Position numbers and translations under genes: made by a program. 64,000 bases of DNA, taken from assembly GCA_051294375.1 (NCBI GenBank), contig CM119268.1, positions 21,906,010 through 21,970,009 of the forward strand. The letters run 5' to 3'. This document shows positions 1 to 12,780 of the stretch, in pieces. The DNA comes from Paraspadella gotoi (lineage: Eukaryota; Animalia; Chaetognatha). The notes under the pieces were generated by a model. It was given only the letters and a program-made list of their open reading frames with translations, ran no database searches and was not told the DNA's origin. Positions within the stretch are counted from its first letter, which is position 1, and every line of letters starts with the position of its first letter.

Positions 1-455
1 GATCTTGAGATCTTTGACAGATCGGTCGTGTTTCTTCATTTTCTAATCGTCGAAAAAGCAGATTTAGTCTATTGATCATTTTATTTTTTATTTTCCGTCC
101 GGTTTGTATTCTATTGATTAGTCTTTTTTAAATCGTTTGGCCGGTTTTTTGCTTTAAAAAAATCTGAGTTGATAGCTGCTTCATTTTTTAAAGGTCACTT
201 GGGTTCCATGCTTCTACTCAGAAACCGCGAGAGTTTCAATTCTTATCGTTACTGGGTATTACTCTTTAAAAGTTAGTCGTTTTGTGAGGATTTCATGTTT
301 AAATGTTAGCGACGTTGTTAAATGTCTTTTTCATCGGGAGTCTTTGCCTCATGTTGATAAAACCTCGTCTCATGTCTTTTGTCTCTCTCTCTCTCTCGAC
401 TCTCTCTCTTTTCCTATTAGAACTTGGTTATTAATGATTTAAATCACGGCCTCAG

Positions 456-3043
456 GTTCGACATCCGACTTAACAAGTTCGACTGGTCTGTCATCAAAAA
501 TAAACGCGACGCTTACGTCAAGCGTCTCAACGGAATTTACGGCACGAATCTCAAGAATGACGAGATCGAACATTTCGACGGATGGGGAAAATTGATGGGG
601 AAGGGAAAAGGTGAGAGAAATAGGATTTTGGAATGAGGGGAAGAGTGATGGTCGGAAGAAGTTAGGAATTCCCATTGTGAAAATGGCAATTGTGAAAATG
701 GCAATTGTGAAAATGGCAATTGTGAAAATGGCAATTGTGAAAATGGCAATAGAGAGCGATGTACGCCTATTTGCGGGTTGCCTGTGATGCCCAGCTGGGT
801 TGGGCAATGGGGATTCTCATTTTCCGACCCTCAGTGGCGCTGCCTGCCGGGCAAAGGGGGAATTTGTTTCAGGAAAATCCGCGGCAATTATTTTTAAAGA
901 AATGTTTTTTTTTTTTTTTTTTTTGCCGAAAATATTTGATTTATAAATCAATATCCCGTCCTTAGTCTCGGTCTCCCTGAAGGACGGATCGACGCGCGTG
1001 TTGACCGCCTCCAACATCCTCGTCGCCACCGGCGGCGCTCCAGTCAAGCCCTCCTCCATTCCCGGCGCCGATCTCGGCATCACCTCCGACGGCTTCTTCG
1101 AGTTGGAGGATCTTCCCGCCAAGTCGGTCGTCGTCGGCGCCGGATACATCGGCGTCGAATTGGCCGGGATCCTCAGCGCCTTGGGGTGAGGTGTGGGTCG
1201 TGGGTGAGAATTAGTTGAGATTGATTAGATTTAATTCATTAGGTCAGTATTATTTTTTCGCCAAAAGGGCATTTTTCTTTTTAATCTTTTTCCACATGTA
1301 AGACTTGATTTGACGACGCGCGCCAGTAATTAACGCTTCGGGTTCCAGGGATGGAAGTTTAACTAGGAGAGGCGCATTTAAGTCAGTTTGACAACATTTG
1401 TTGGCAGACAATAAGTTGACAATATGTTGATTACAAGAGGTCTTGAGAGACTAAGGAGGAAAATCGCGGGAATGATAGAGAGAGAGAGAGAGAGAGAGNN
1501 NNNNNNNNTTTGAATTTATTCAATGGGGCTTTAGGCACCAAATAAAACAATACGCCATTACATTTAAGTCTAAGAATTTAGGCATTCCTCATGAAATCTT
1601 TCCAATTTACAATTTATGCACGTATTTTCCCTTTGCAAGAGAGAGAGAGAGAGACCGACCGCTAAACACAATAACCACCAGGCATTGACCCCCCCAAACT
1701 TTTGTTTCAATATCTCTCCCTCGATCTTCCTCTCAGCTCTCGCACGTCAGTTGTTCTCCGCAACACGACGGTTCTTCGGACTTTCGACTCGACGATCAGC
1801 GAAGGCGCGACTCTTGATTTGGCCAACGCGGGAATCGAACTCAAGAAGACGAGAGAGGTCGCCAAAGTGGAGAAGAACGCGAGCGGGAGGCTGGACGTCT
1901 CTCTCAAGGTGGGTCGATGATGGGCAAAGTTAATCGTTGCTGAAGATGGGAAAATGAGGAAATCTGCAACTGTTGTTCGCTTGAAGGTGTCTTGCTTCGG
2001 CACGGACTGCTCCGACGAAGTTGTGGAGGTGATCCGCGACGTGGACTGCCTCCTGTGGGCGGTGGGCCGAAGCCCCGCCACCGACATCGGACTCGACGCT
2101 GCCGGCGTTCAGTTGGAGAAAGGATTCGTCAAGGTCGATGAGTTTCAGAACACCACGGCCAAAGGTGTTGGGCGTTTTTATTTCGGAGTTGGGGGAGGGG
2201 TTGTTAGAGAGCTAGGTCCATCATGATCATTATTTATGTCCATGTCCATATCTATTTATATACATGTCCATATTTATGTCCTTTGCTAAGGAATCTACGC
2301 CGTTGGCGACGTTTGCGGACACGCCCTTTTGACGCCCGTGGCGATCGCCGCCGGCCGCAAGTTGGCGCATCGACTCTTCGACGCGTCTCTTCCGGCAAAT
2401 CCGGACGCCGACCTCATCCGCCTCGACTACGACAACATCCCCACCGTCGTCTTCGCTCATCCGCCCATCGGAACCATAGGAAGTCGGTGTCCTCTTGTTT
2501 TTGTCGTCGTTGTCGTGACGGTGTGTGGGACTTGGTCTGTCAGTCTTGAAATATTTTTCCTTTCGCAGTGACGGAAGATGAGGCGGTGAAGAAGTACGGA
2601 CGGGACGATGTCAAAGTAAGATTAGGTTTTCGTGTCTCAATTAAAATTTATTTAAATTGACTTCTATTATTTTTATACCAAAAAAATGATTTATTAATTT
2701 AACGGTTTGCGTGCCAGGTCTACTCTACCGAGTTCGGTCCGATGTACCACGCGGTGACGGAGAGAAAAGTTCCGTCGAGGATGAAACTCGTTTGTCGATC
2801 GTCGGACGAAGAGAGAATCTTGGGTCTTCACCTCATGGGTTTGGTAAGGTCAATAGGAGTGTGGTCTTCAATGAATCATTTTCCTTCGTCGAACATCTCC
2901 CCCCCCCCTCCGCCTCCAAGGGCGTGGACGAGATGCTGCAAGGCTTCGGCGTCGCCATCCGAATGGGAGCGAAGAAGAAAGATTTTGATCGTTGCGTCGC
3001 CATTCATCCCACGTCTTCCGAAGAACTCGTTCTTTTTAGATGA
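456..3043 (+). CDS. GSR: Glutathione reductase, 5'-partial, 8 visible exons (approx. 456-610, 966-1185, 1737-1908, 1987-2164, 2291-2482, 2569-2615, 2718-2843, 2921-3043)
   Basis: GT-AG spliced translation gives [118 protein letters not shown] and terminal [14 protein letters not shown]. The N-terminal CVNVGC exon is not in the window. Confidence 0.95.
676..750. repeat. 15-bp minisatellite (TGTGAAAATGGCAAT) x5 in a GSR intron
   Basis: Directly visible; it explains the repetitive shadow ORFs 439-807 and 537-749. Confidence 0.95.
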
Positions 3044-3065
3044 AATCGACGGAATGAAGAAAAGT

Positions 3066-3098
<33 letters not shown>

Positions 3099-3806
3099 AT
3101 TCCAGCAATTGATATTGACTCCATCGCGGAAGTTAAAAGAGAATTTCGGTCTGGATCGGGACCAAAAAAAAAGGGGGAGTGTGCCCTCGCCGATTCCCCT
3201 TTTATTTTGGTGAGACAATGCCACGGGGACGGTTTTTTGACCGGTCCGGTTCCTCCTGATTCTATTGGTTCATTTCGTTAATTTTCCATTTCGGGTGGGG
3301 AAATAACCAGTAACGACGCAAATAGAAAAATTACGAAAGTTTGGTAACTCTTTTGTAGATGTTAATTGCTATTTTTTGCCGCTTAAGCCTCATTTAGTAA
3401 ATTTAGTCACTTTTATAGTAAGTTCCGCGTGCAGAGACTTTTTTCACCAGATTTATTTGCAAAAGAAATTTTTAATAATTAAAAAGAATTATTTAACTAA
3501 AAAATAATTAAACCTAGAATATATATTAAAAACAAAGTTGGTCCTCATAAGCTTCTTGAGGATGAAAAAGATAAGACAAAATGAGTATTAATTAAAAGTT
3601 ACCACAAAAATGCTAGGTTGAGAAACGATCACACCCGGTACATGCATCCATGTAAAAGAAATTAAATCTAGTAGAGTATATAAAACATTTTTGAGCTACG
3701 TCTAGTCAATAGTCATTACCTGCTTTCGGTCATGTCAATAAATGAGCCAAAACCCTAATAGCATTTATTTACAATGGCCTCTCTGCAGTAGTTGAACGGT
3801 AATGGC

Positions 3807-6800
3807 TCAGCTTTTCAAATCTTTACATCGACGACAAACGCAGCAGATTTTAAAGAATTTATCGTAAGGTTCCAAAGAATGAAGCCAAATCGGTAGGAAA
3901 TCCCAGGAGCGCAGTTTTCTCGGCAGCCAATGCGGTTTTCTGTATTTACAAAAGAACGTCTCTTTTTAAAAGCGTTACTAAGATTTTAAATGCGACATGA
4001 CGCGATTGACTTGTCTTGCAGCAAGTTTATGATTTTAAACGTGACATGACGCGACTGACTTGTCTTGCAGCAAGTTTATGATTTTAAACGTGACATGACG
4101 CGACTGACTTGTCTTGCAGCAAGTTTATGATTCCAATAGCGATGAGTAAGACGAGAATGGGGACGCCGACTCCCACGAGCACCTTCCAACCCGGGACGGA
4201 GAGACCGAGCACGAAGGCGGGAAAGATGAAGAAAGTGAGGAAGAGATAAACGAAAGGAAACCAACGATAGTCCGCTGGAGATGAAAACGAAAAAAGATTC
4301 TTATTTGAACTTAACCAAAAGTCATTTGGCTAAAAAAAACCTCACCCGTGATCATTCCCAATTTTTTGGCCATCCTAATCGGCACATTCCTCATGAACGG
4401 AATCGGGAACCAAACGAAAATTCCGAAGATGTTGAACAGGAGATGGCAGAAGGCGATGATGAGGGAATTGTAGAGACCTGTGCCATCTTGAGACATTGCC
4501 GCGAGAAGCCCGGTACAGGTCGTGCCTGTTGAAGAGAAACCGGCGAATTATTAGTGAAAGTTTGGTGGGGAAATTCCACATTTATTGACTCCCATGACTG
4601 ATTTTGAAGTTCAAAAAACTTTAAAGCTAGATCAGTGATACTACTGGCTAGTTAGCGCTTACCTATATTAGCACCCAGCGTGAGCGGGTAGGTTCTTTCT
4701 AAGGTGACTACCCCGATTCCCACTAGAGGCGTGATGGTCGAGGTAAAGATAGAACTGCTTTGAACGAGAATTGTAGCTGCCGCTCCGAACAATATGACAA
4801 CGTAGTCTATTAAGGAGAAAACGGTTTGGCGACTGAATACATAAGTGTAATTCAAACACTACGATTATGAGCTATTTTTGAATCATGTCAATTATATTAA
4901 CTATCCATTTTACCCGTCAAGTATTTTGCGCAACCGGGAAAGTTCATGTTGACCACCTTTCGCATCATTATCGCAATGTGTCCTCTGACCATAGAATGTA
5001 AAAGCTTGACTATGGCGATTAAGCAGAGACAAAGAATGAGAAGCGAGAGAAAGAGTAGCAGAGCTCCTGCTGCGGGATCGTTCAGGCCGAAATGCTGAAT
5101 TATGGAAGTAGGTGGAATGAGGAAACCAGGTTATAAATATAAATCATTTTCTTATCGTCTCTCTGAAAAAAACTATTAAGCGTTTGTGAGCGTTAAAATT
5201 TCATCAAAAATACTTTATTTTGATTTTTTTTTCCTAAAGCTTACCCTGAAAAGATTTTCGCAATTTTTCGCCTCGCTGATAATTTTTCCGGTGGTGTCGT
5301 TAATTTTAGCCTCGACGCAAATCTTTTGCAGCGAAATCTCAGTGTTGTTCAATTCTTTATTTGCAATTTTAGTGATCACTTTCTTGTCGATCTGAACAAT
5401 GAAGGGTTATTTAAATTCATCGCACACTCTCTCCCAACTTTTGAAATTATTGGTGAAAGAGAAACCTGAATGATTTTGTCAGTCAATGGCTTCGTGATGA
5501 CTTTAAGCAAATCCTTCTTCAAGTCCTTTGATTCACCATCGAAGAAACCATCAACGATTTTTTTTGCGATGAAGAAAAGTAATCCTGAGGTGGATGAAAA
5601 ACAAGGATTCCTTAGGTGGGTTAAAAAACATGGAATCCTGAGGTGGATGAAAAACAAGGCCACAAAAAGTATACAGACGAGTCTGTCAGCAATGGGAATG
5701 TTTCTAGGTGTACATGGATGGAGGTGGATGAAAAAAATTGGCAACGAAAAAGTATACAGACGAGTCTGTCAGCAATGGGAATAACGTTTCTTGATGAAGG
5801 TGGATAAGGTGAATGAAAAACAAAGGGTCATGAAAAAGTATACAGACGAGTTTGTCAGCAATGGGAATAACATTTCTAGATGAAGGTGGATGAGGTGAAT
5901 GAAAAACAAAGGGTCATGAAAAAGTATACAGACGAGTCTGCCAGCAATGGGAATAACGTTTCTAGATGAAGGTGGATGAGGTGAATGAAAAACAAAGGGT
6001 TATTAAAAAATATACAGACGGGTTTGTCAGCAATGGGAATAACGTTTCTAGATGAAGGTGGATGAGGTGAATGAAAAACAAAGGGTCATGAAAAAGTATA
6101 CAGACGAGTCTGTCAGCAATGGGAATAACATTTCTCGATGAAGGTGGATGAGGTGAATGAAAAACAAAGGGTCATGAAAAAGTATAGACGAGTTTGTCCG
6201 GTTCTATGAATTTCTAAGGATTTCAAATTCTTCACCCTAAAGGAGTGATCCAGTTTATAACTTTATAAAAATATTTTATCACTTCATTGATTGGGATTAG
6301 GCAAACTAGGTGCTATAGGGAGTAAATAAACTACAGAAGTCTTCATCTTATAAAATTAGGTGGTGTTTTTTTTTTTTTTTTTTTTGTGGCCAGAATAAGT
6401 AGGAACAGTTTCTGGTCACAAAAATGCACGACCTCATTTTATAATAGACTGTGTGAGTCTGGATCGAAAGCTTGAATTAAGGCTTTAATCCACCATAGTC
6501 ATTAGTCAGTCCAAAGTCAGGAGCACGATAGCTTATTCATTAAAAAAATAAATATAGTGGTATCATTTTTTCAACTCCTCAAACAACAAGACTGAGACCA
6601 TACATTCAGTTTGACTCACCTTCCCCTGCAGCTGCTTCGGAGATGGCCTCGATCGGAAGCATGACACAGACCGAGAGCCAGTTGAACATGTCGTGGACTG
6701 TGGCGCCGGCGAATGCGCGACGGAACTCGTCCTTATTGCCCGCGTGACCTAGAGACACGATCGTGTTCGTCACTGAGGTCCCGATGTTCGCGCCCATGAT

Positions 6801-7949
6801 GATTGGCACGGCCTTTGGTGGATCGATGACTGGAGAGAAGTGGGAGATTCAGTTTATTTTTAGATCAGATAAATATCTATAATAAATTCATCATTCATAT
6901 TTTATTCTTTCGTACATCCGCTTCCGACCATGGTGATGACGATGCTTGTCGAGGTCGATGAGCTTTGGACTAAGACTGTGACTAACACCCCGATGACGAC
7001 TCCCGTCACAGGATTAGCGAGGAGCTCGTTGTTCCTGAACACCTCTCCCGCCGCTTTGCCTAGAGGAAAATAGTTTTCACTACTAGGTCGCATTAAGTAC
7101 GGACAATGAAATCTCTATGCGAGTTTATTTACCCCCCAAAAGTCTGAAGGCCGAACTCATAAGATCCAAGGAGCAAATGAAGAGATAGAGGAGCAGCAGG
7201 AGCAGGCATATCTTAATGAAACCTTTGAGTACACGAAAGACTCGCTCTTTGTTTGTCTGATCTGCCGGGAAAAATGGAATTGAGAAAATTTGATATGTTC
7301 ATAAATTAAAAAAAATTATGAAAAAAAACTGAACTAGGTAAATAGACAGACATCAGATCTTAATAATTAGATAATAAGCTATATTAGTCTTTTTGTCTTA
7401 ATATAGTTCGAATTTCTTGTAGAAATGTCAGGAAGACCTCAGAATAGAAGTTATATCGATCGAAATCTCGTACTTGTTCATATTTTGAGTTCAACGCTTT
7501 CATATTAATTTTATTATTTTCATGATATTTTATATTTACTTATTTTAACAAATGTATATCAAAAATGTGAGGCGCCTTACGATCGGTCTCTACAAATGTC
7601 AGTTTTAAATATTTCATAAAATGATTACTTGATCAATTTATCTATCGGTTTATTACTTAAATTTTAATTAAAACTGTGCGTATGATAATGATATAAAATT
7701 TGTTTTTCTTAAAGTTATATAACACCTACCTTTCCATGGTATTCCCTCTTGCTTAAGCTCGGGTAATTCCCAAGGATCCTCGTCTTCTTTGGCCAATGAT
7801 CGCATCGCGATATCTCCCTCAGAATATCTACCGTCCGGTTCGCCCTCATCTCGCTCAAACAAATCCGCCCGACTCTTTTTGTATGCCGGGTTGTCCATCC
7901 TTAAATTGTCATCAGTGGCAACTTCTGTGAGGTTGTAAAAGGACGTCAT
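3807..7949 (-). CDS. SLC34A: Type II sodium-dependent phosphate cotransporter (SLC34/NaPi-II family), about 11 coding exons
   Basis: Spliced translation gives [20 protein letters not shown], two QSSS repeats ([23 protein letters not shown]), [73 protein letters not shown] and a C-terminal Cys cluster KICCVCRRC. Stop at 3807-3809; the start ATG at 7949 is the most plausible. Confidence 0.95.
3983..4131. repeat. 49-bp tandem repeat x3 spanning an SLC34 exon/intron donor
   Basis: GATTTTAAACGTGACATGACGCGACTGACTTGTCTTGCAGCAAGTTTAT recurs with period 49. Confidence 0.9.
5581..6200. repeat. ~86-bp intronic minisatellite (about 7 units) abutting an SLC34 splice acceptor
   Basis: AAAAGTATACAGACGAG...CAGCAATGGGAATAAC...GATGAAGGTGGATGAGGTGAATGAAAAACAAAGG recurs at about 86-bp spacing. 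Confidence 0.9.
6334..6446. mobile_element. Short internally deleted relative of the 12055-12780 MITE
   Basis: TA|CAGAAGTCTTCATCTTATAAAAT...TGTGGCCAGAA / TTCTGGTCACA...ATTTTATAATA resembles both ends of the larger element. Confidence 0.6.
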
Positions 7950-8010
7950 GGCATAATCGAGATGTTTCAACTTAGCGTTGACGTTAGTATAAATATATTA
8001 ATTTTATATA

Positions 8011-8288
8011 TGTGGATTAGGGGCTAAATGGGGTGAAGACTCCTATCCGTAACTTCTGTGCCCCCTCAGCAGCAATGGAACGGGTCCTGGGCTTGAAACC
8101 AGGCTTGAGGGTTTTCCACGCCCCAAGGCGGTTTACGACCGTTCTCACGCTTCCCGCAGGGTAGGTACCGGGTTGGGATTGAACCCAGTACCTAGTGGTC
8201 ATCAGCTAATGGCTTTACTCAGCCATCGGGTCACAACTGAATGTGTCATGCTTATAGGCGGAGTGAACTTAGGCAATCCCCGACTACA
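8011..8288 (-). mobile_element. Probable solo LTR containing two tRNA-like segments
   Basis: A GC-rich 278-bp island bounded by TGT...ACA and flanked by TATA(TA) on both sides. The minus strand has A/B-box-like TGGCTGAGT...GGTTCAATCCC and a second GGTTTCAAGCCC T-arm-like hairpin. Confidence 0.6.
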
Positions 8289-9822
8289 TATATAATATAA
8301 TATTAATATAATATATATTAAAGGGGTCATTAAGAGACAATCAAGAGGACCAATGAGATCTCAAAAGCAATCGAAAATGATAAAAAAAGAAAAAATGTTT
8401 AAAGGAAATACTAAAATGACTAATGCTATTTAAGCGATCGTAGTCTTATAAAAAGGTGATATCTGTGATGAATATGCGACTCGGCAAAGATTACAGGTGA
8501 TAAAAATTTCGCTCTTACTTTACCAATATACGCCCGATGTTGATGAAACGTATGCAAAAAGACGACTGATCGAAAGTTGCAAAATTTGCTGCGTCCCGAT
8601 TGAAAGCTGGAACTGGCCTGGAGCGAAAGATAGAAGGAGAGAGAGAGAGTAAGGTAAAGAGAAGAAGATTGAAAAGAGAAGATCAGATCGAAAAGATCGA
8701 ACGATTTTAACCGTCTCTCTCTCGTGATCCCAGTTTTCCCGTTTTTCCAGAAAATTGAATCTAAGCATTGTAAAAAATTTGAAATAAGAATCTGAATACC
8801 TTCCTAAACCCAAACCTGAAAGTTTATTCATGATACTAATAAAATGAAAAGGACCACAGGCATTATGCTCTTTTCTAAAATTGTATTGTCGTCTAACCTA
8901 GTGAAATTAGATCTTTTCTTGCTGCGAAGCCGTCGAGACTGAAAAAAACAGATTTTAACATTAGCCAGAATTCAAATTTTATATACAATTTAAAATAGAG
9001 GGCGTCTTACCTCTTATAACTAAATTAGCCTTCTCGTCGATAGTCTCATTAACGATTCCATCTAAGCGAAGGAACATGAAATTGTTACAATTCATACTAA
9101 ATATGTAACAAACTTTAGCTAAGACGCTTGCATAACGCGGATGACGCCAGGGATGGGATTCCGGCGTCTTAACGCTTGTATGTTAATTGTCGCCGTTTCT
9201 CTTTTCTCTACGTCGCACGTCTGGTTTGCTGTTTGGGAAGTCGTCCGTTTGGACTGCATTCAGGAGACTTGATAACATACTAGTAGAGCGATTGGTCAAT
9301 CACTGTTTCCAACTTATTGAATTTTTTGTTTGGGAGTGGGGTTTAAACACTAATAGGTATTTTTCAAAAGCGATTTAGACAGAAACAGCAAGATGGGCGA
9401 GTTGAGTCTACAACAGGGCAGACTCTTTGCACTCAGTCTCAGAGTCAGACTATAAAACCGGTTTCGACAAACTCGTTGACCTTTTTAAGTAGGATTAGCG
9501 TCTAGAAAATTTTGGGTCTTTGTTTTAAATATAGTTGTTAAAGTTAGCTGTAAACGGTGCATAATGAATCCGTTTATATAAAGAGTATACGATTATTATT
9601 TTTAAGTAGTTATCAAATTAAGTCCCGCCAATTAGCAATAACACCAATGGGAAGCGAACCCAAGGCCGCTTAGTGGTAAGAGAGATTATTGCCAACGTGG
9701 TCGGGGATACGTTAAATTTATAAGGCGGGTAGCTGGAGTGAATGCGTTGCCACTCCGTATATTCAAGTCTGCCAAAGTAAAATTGTCAAAGTAAAAGCCA
9801 AGAATTTGACGGTTTTAAAAAA

Positions 9823-11796
9823 TTAATGGAGACGAATCCAAAATCGACGTTTTGCTTCCCTTTCATCGATGAACCTAAATGAAGGGAAAAAATGTGTTAT
9901 AAAAAATCTGGATGTATGGAAATGTTTGCGTCATTAAACTTCTATTCCTGTATATTTCCCTTTTTTCTCTTTACTTTCTCGCTATTCTGACCCTTTTTTA
10001 CTTTTCCTAGGTTTTCCATTGTCTGCAATTGTGACCTTTAACAAATCGTGCTTGACGTCCATTAAGAAAAACTTTTTAAAATTGATTCAAAGAAAAAAAA
10101 ATCGTTAAGGGGCGTTTCGCAACCACAAAATGGAGAGAAGGAGGTTGGGAAGATGAAGTCATTGTGGAGGGGCAACGCAACGCGGTTGGGTTTTAAATTG
10201 AGAGAAATTGTTCTTTTGTAAATCGTAACAACGAAGTGACGCGATCTTTTGTCTCGACTTATTACGGGTCGACTTTGAAATAAAAGCGTGTTTTCTACTA
10301 AAGCGACTTGGTTTATGACCTTTCCCCCTCATTATATTTCTCCATTTAATGATGAAATTTTTCGTTCTATTTCATGATGGTAACCTCGTCATCTCTCCAT
10401 TGATGTGCGGGAACCGCTTGGGCTTCTCTTCGACTTCCTTCGGCGGGTCGGCCCTACGGGTTCCCCAGGCGGGCAGGGCCGGCGTCTCCGTGAATCCGCG
10501 GGAGGGAAGCATCTGACGCAGAGTGGAGAATCCTTGGCAGCGGGTCGACGGGGTTGACTCGTAATGAGCGCCTGGACAAGAAAGTGTGGGAGAAAGGGTA
10601 GATGTTTTCTCTCTGGACTCTTTTATAAGACACGAGACAAGTTAACTTATTAATTATTGAAATAAGAGATAAGTTTTTTATTGGTTGAAACCATTTCAAT
10701 TATGGTTTTTGCTTGTCAAAAATTCAATTTCAATTTCAAAGGTTACATTTGCTCGTTGAACGAAATGCGACCAATATGCGATCGTTGAAGAAAACGTCAC
10801 CACTTTCTATTAACACTCTGGTCAGTTTTTGGCTACTTTTAGACTTAATTTATGTGTAGCTTATTAAAATCTTTACATCTATAGTAATGATTACCATACC
10901 GTCCATATGGCTATGTTTTTTATATCGGTTTTGGTGCGGAATATTATTATTTTTTTTTTAAATTGGATGGTGCTAACAATTCTGATGTTAGATGTTAATT
11001 ACTTAACAGCTTTTTATTATAAACAAATGTTAATTTTGTTTCTTAACTTATTTTTATTAGTCTTGCCTATTGGTTTATTGTTCCGGACGATGAACTCGAA
11101 AGGGACTTGAAGAACGGAAGGGACCCAGGCTCGCGGGACAGCGCGCGGATAAGACGGAAGCCATTCTCGCGCCCGGTTGACGTCTCTTCCGCGTGGGCCT
11201 TTCGTCCAAAAGTCGGGCAGGCTCTGCAATGATTACGACTTGAGATCGCGAAAAGGTAAATACCGCGATTGAAGTTGTAGCAATCATCTAAGATTTCGCT
11301 ATGGTTGTAGTTTAAACTTTCTGTATTATATACAAATTAATGGCATAATCGTTTTAATGGACATCATTTTATAAGATTTGTATAATTTTAATATTTTCTA
11401 GCATATGGGTAAAAGAAGAGCCTTTTGTTTAAAGAAGGAACTGACCTACACTTCACCTACACTTCAGTCTTCATGCTGACCTCTTCCAAATTGATCGTTT
11501 TGTAATCGTTCACAATCATACCGAACCGTACATATTACAAAATCATTAATCAACTAACCAAAACCATCCTCGGGTCTTAATCCTTTTTTATTTTGATTTG
11601 TTCTCCTACTAATACTTGCCAAAATTTGTTTTTTTGTGTGTTAGTACTTTATTAACTCCTCGTCCGCACTTACTCTACTCCCAGTACTTATCGATCCTTT
11701 ACCCTAATTTACCTGCTGACGAAAAAACTTGAGGCTTTCCAGTCCCCTTGAGACAGATTCGTCGGCCAGAGCATCGAATTTGGAAGGTGCCGCCAT
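9823..11796 (-). CDS. Uncharacterised 159-aa protein, 4 exons (11796-11713, 11223-11067, 10571-10385, 9874-9823)
   Basis: Exon lengths 84+157+187+52=480 nt join in phase with no stop: MAAPSKFDALADESVSRGLESLKFFRQQ-SLPDFWTKG...NNKPIG-AHYESTPSTRCQGFSTLRQMLPSRG...RFPHINGEMTR-FIDEREAKRRFWIRLH*. Exons are GC-rich islands; intron 2 needs a GC donor (AG|GCAAG). Confidence 0.75.
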
Positions 11797-12054
11797 TTTC
11801 TCTCCCGTTTTCATCTTTTAGCTTTTTTGGGATTTGGATGATGAACTTCATCTTATCGTCGTCGTCTTTTTTTAACTCGGATCTTATCCGTGTCTTTTTT
11901 CTTCTACTCGTATTAAATAATCATCATGATGGTTCTCGTAGTTATAATCCTAAGGCTAAGCTTTCCGTTCCGGAGCCATAGTACGACGTCCATTCCCCAC
12001 CCCTCATTCCCCAACATCTTAATCATTTGACCTAGAGATTCTTGGAGAAAGGTA

Positions 12055-12780
12055 CAGAAGGCTTCATCTTATAAAATGTGGTACCCCTTTTTGTGACCAG
12101 AATCTGTTCCTACCAAACTACCTGATCGAATTTCATGAAATTTTACATGTAGTCTTAATGACGATATAAATAGAACTATCGAGGCGAATTTTAATATTCA
12201 ACCCCTGACAAGAGATACAGGGCCCTGGGGTGGACCCCTGGGGGGCCAAAAAAAACCTAAAAATTTTTTTTGCATTTTTTGAATTTTTTTAGTGGCATCA
12301 GGTGCATTGACGTTTTAAACATATAAAAAAACATTTTAAAACTAAAATTTAAAAATTTTTAATAATTAAGCATAGTTTGAAGATGCATGGTTCATCATTT
12401 TACTTCCAATTTTCCTAAATTATTCCAAAACTGACTTGAACTGCTGATGTTCATGAAGCTGAAAATTAAGGTAAACTAATATTTCTGTGGTAATTAATAC
12501 GTTTTTGTGAAAAAGTAAACGTCTATGCAACTGTTCAAAACAAAAATAATGAACTAATTTTAAAAATTTTTTTGACTATTTATTGCCCCTAAGGGTGACC
12601 CATCCGGGGCCCCATATCTCAGCTCAGGGGTCAAATATTGAAATTCGCCTCGACAGTTCTATTTATATTTACATAGGGATCGTTCATACTAAATTTCAAT
12701 AAATTTGGTCCAGTAGCTTTCTCGGAACGTGTTCTGGTCACAAAAAAGGGGTACCACATTTTATAATATGAAGCCTTCTG
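12055..12780. mobile_element. Tc1/mariner-type MITE
   Basis: TA target duplication; terminal inverted repeat CAGAAGGCTTCAT(C/A)TTATAAAATGTGGTACCCC, with imperfect inverted similarity extending about 190 bp; no ORF. Confidence 0.88.

Noticed and set aside
1120-1800. GAGYIG (not GAGYIA) suggesting an NADH-type or lipoamide dehydrogenase enzyme
   Set aside because: The two arginines for NADPH 2'-phosphate binding (LRNTTVLR) are retained, the Gly variant occurs in other glutathione reductases, and all other motifs are GR-type.
2990-3100. TGA at the GSR end as selenocysteine (thioredoxin reductase)
   Set aside because: No GCUG-type C-terminal extension; the protein ends at the normal GR position.
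5640-6200. CRISPR-like array
   Set aside because: Whole units repeat with no unique spacers; it lies in a eukaryotic intron and there are no cas genes.
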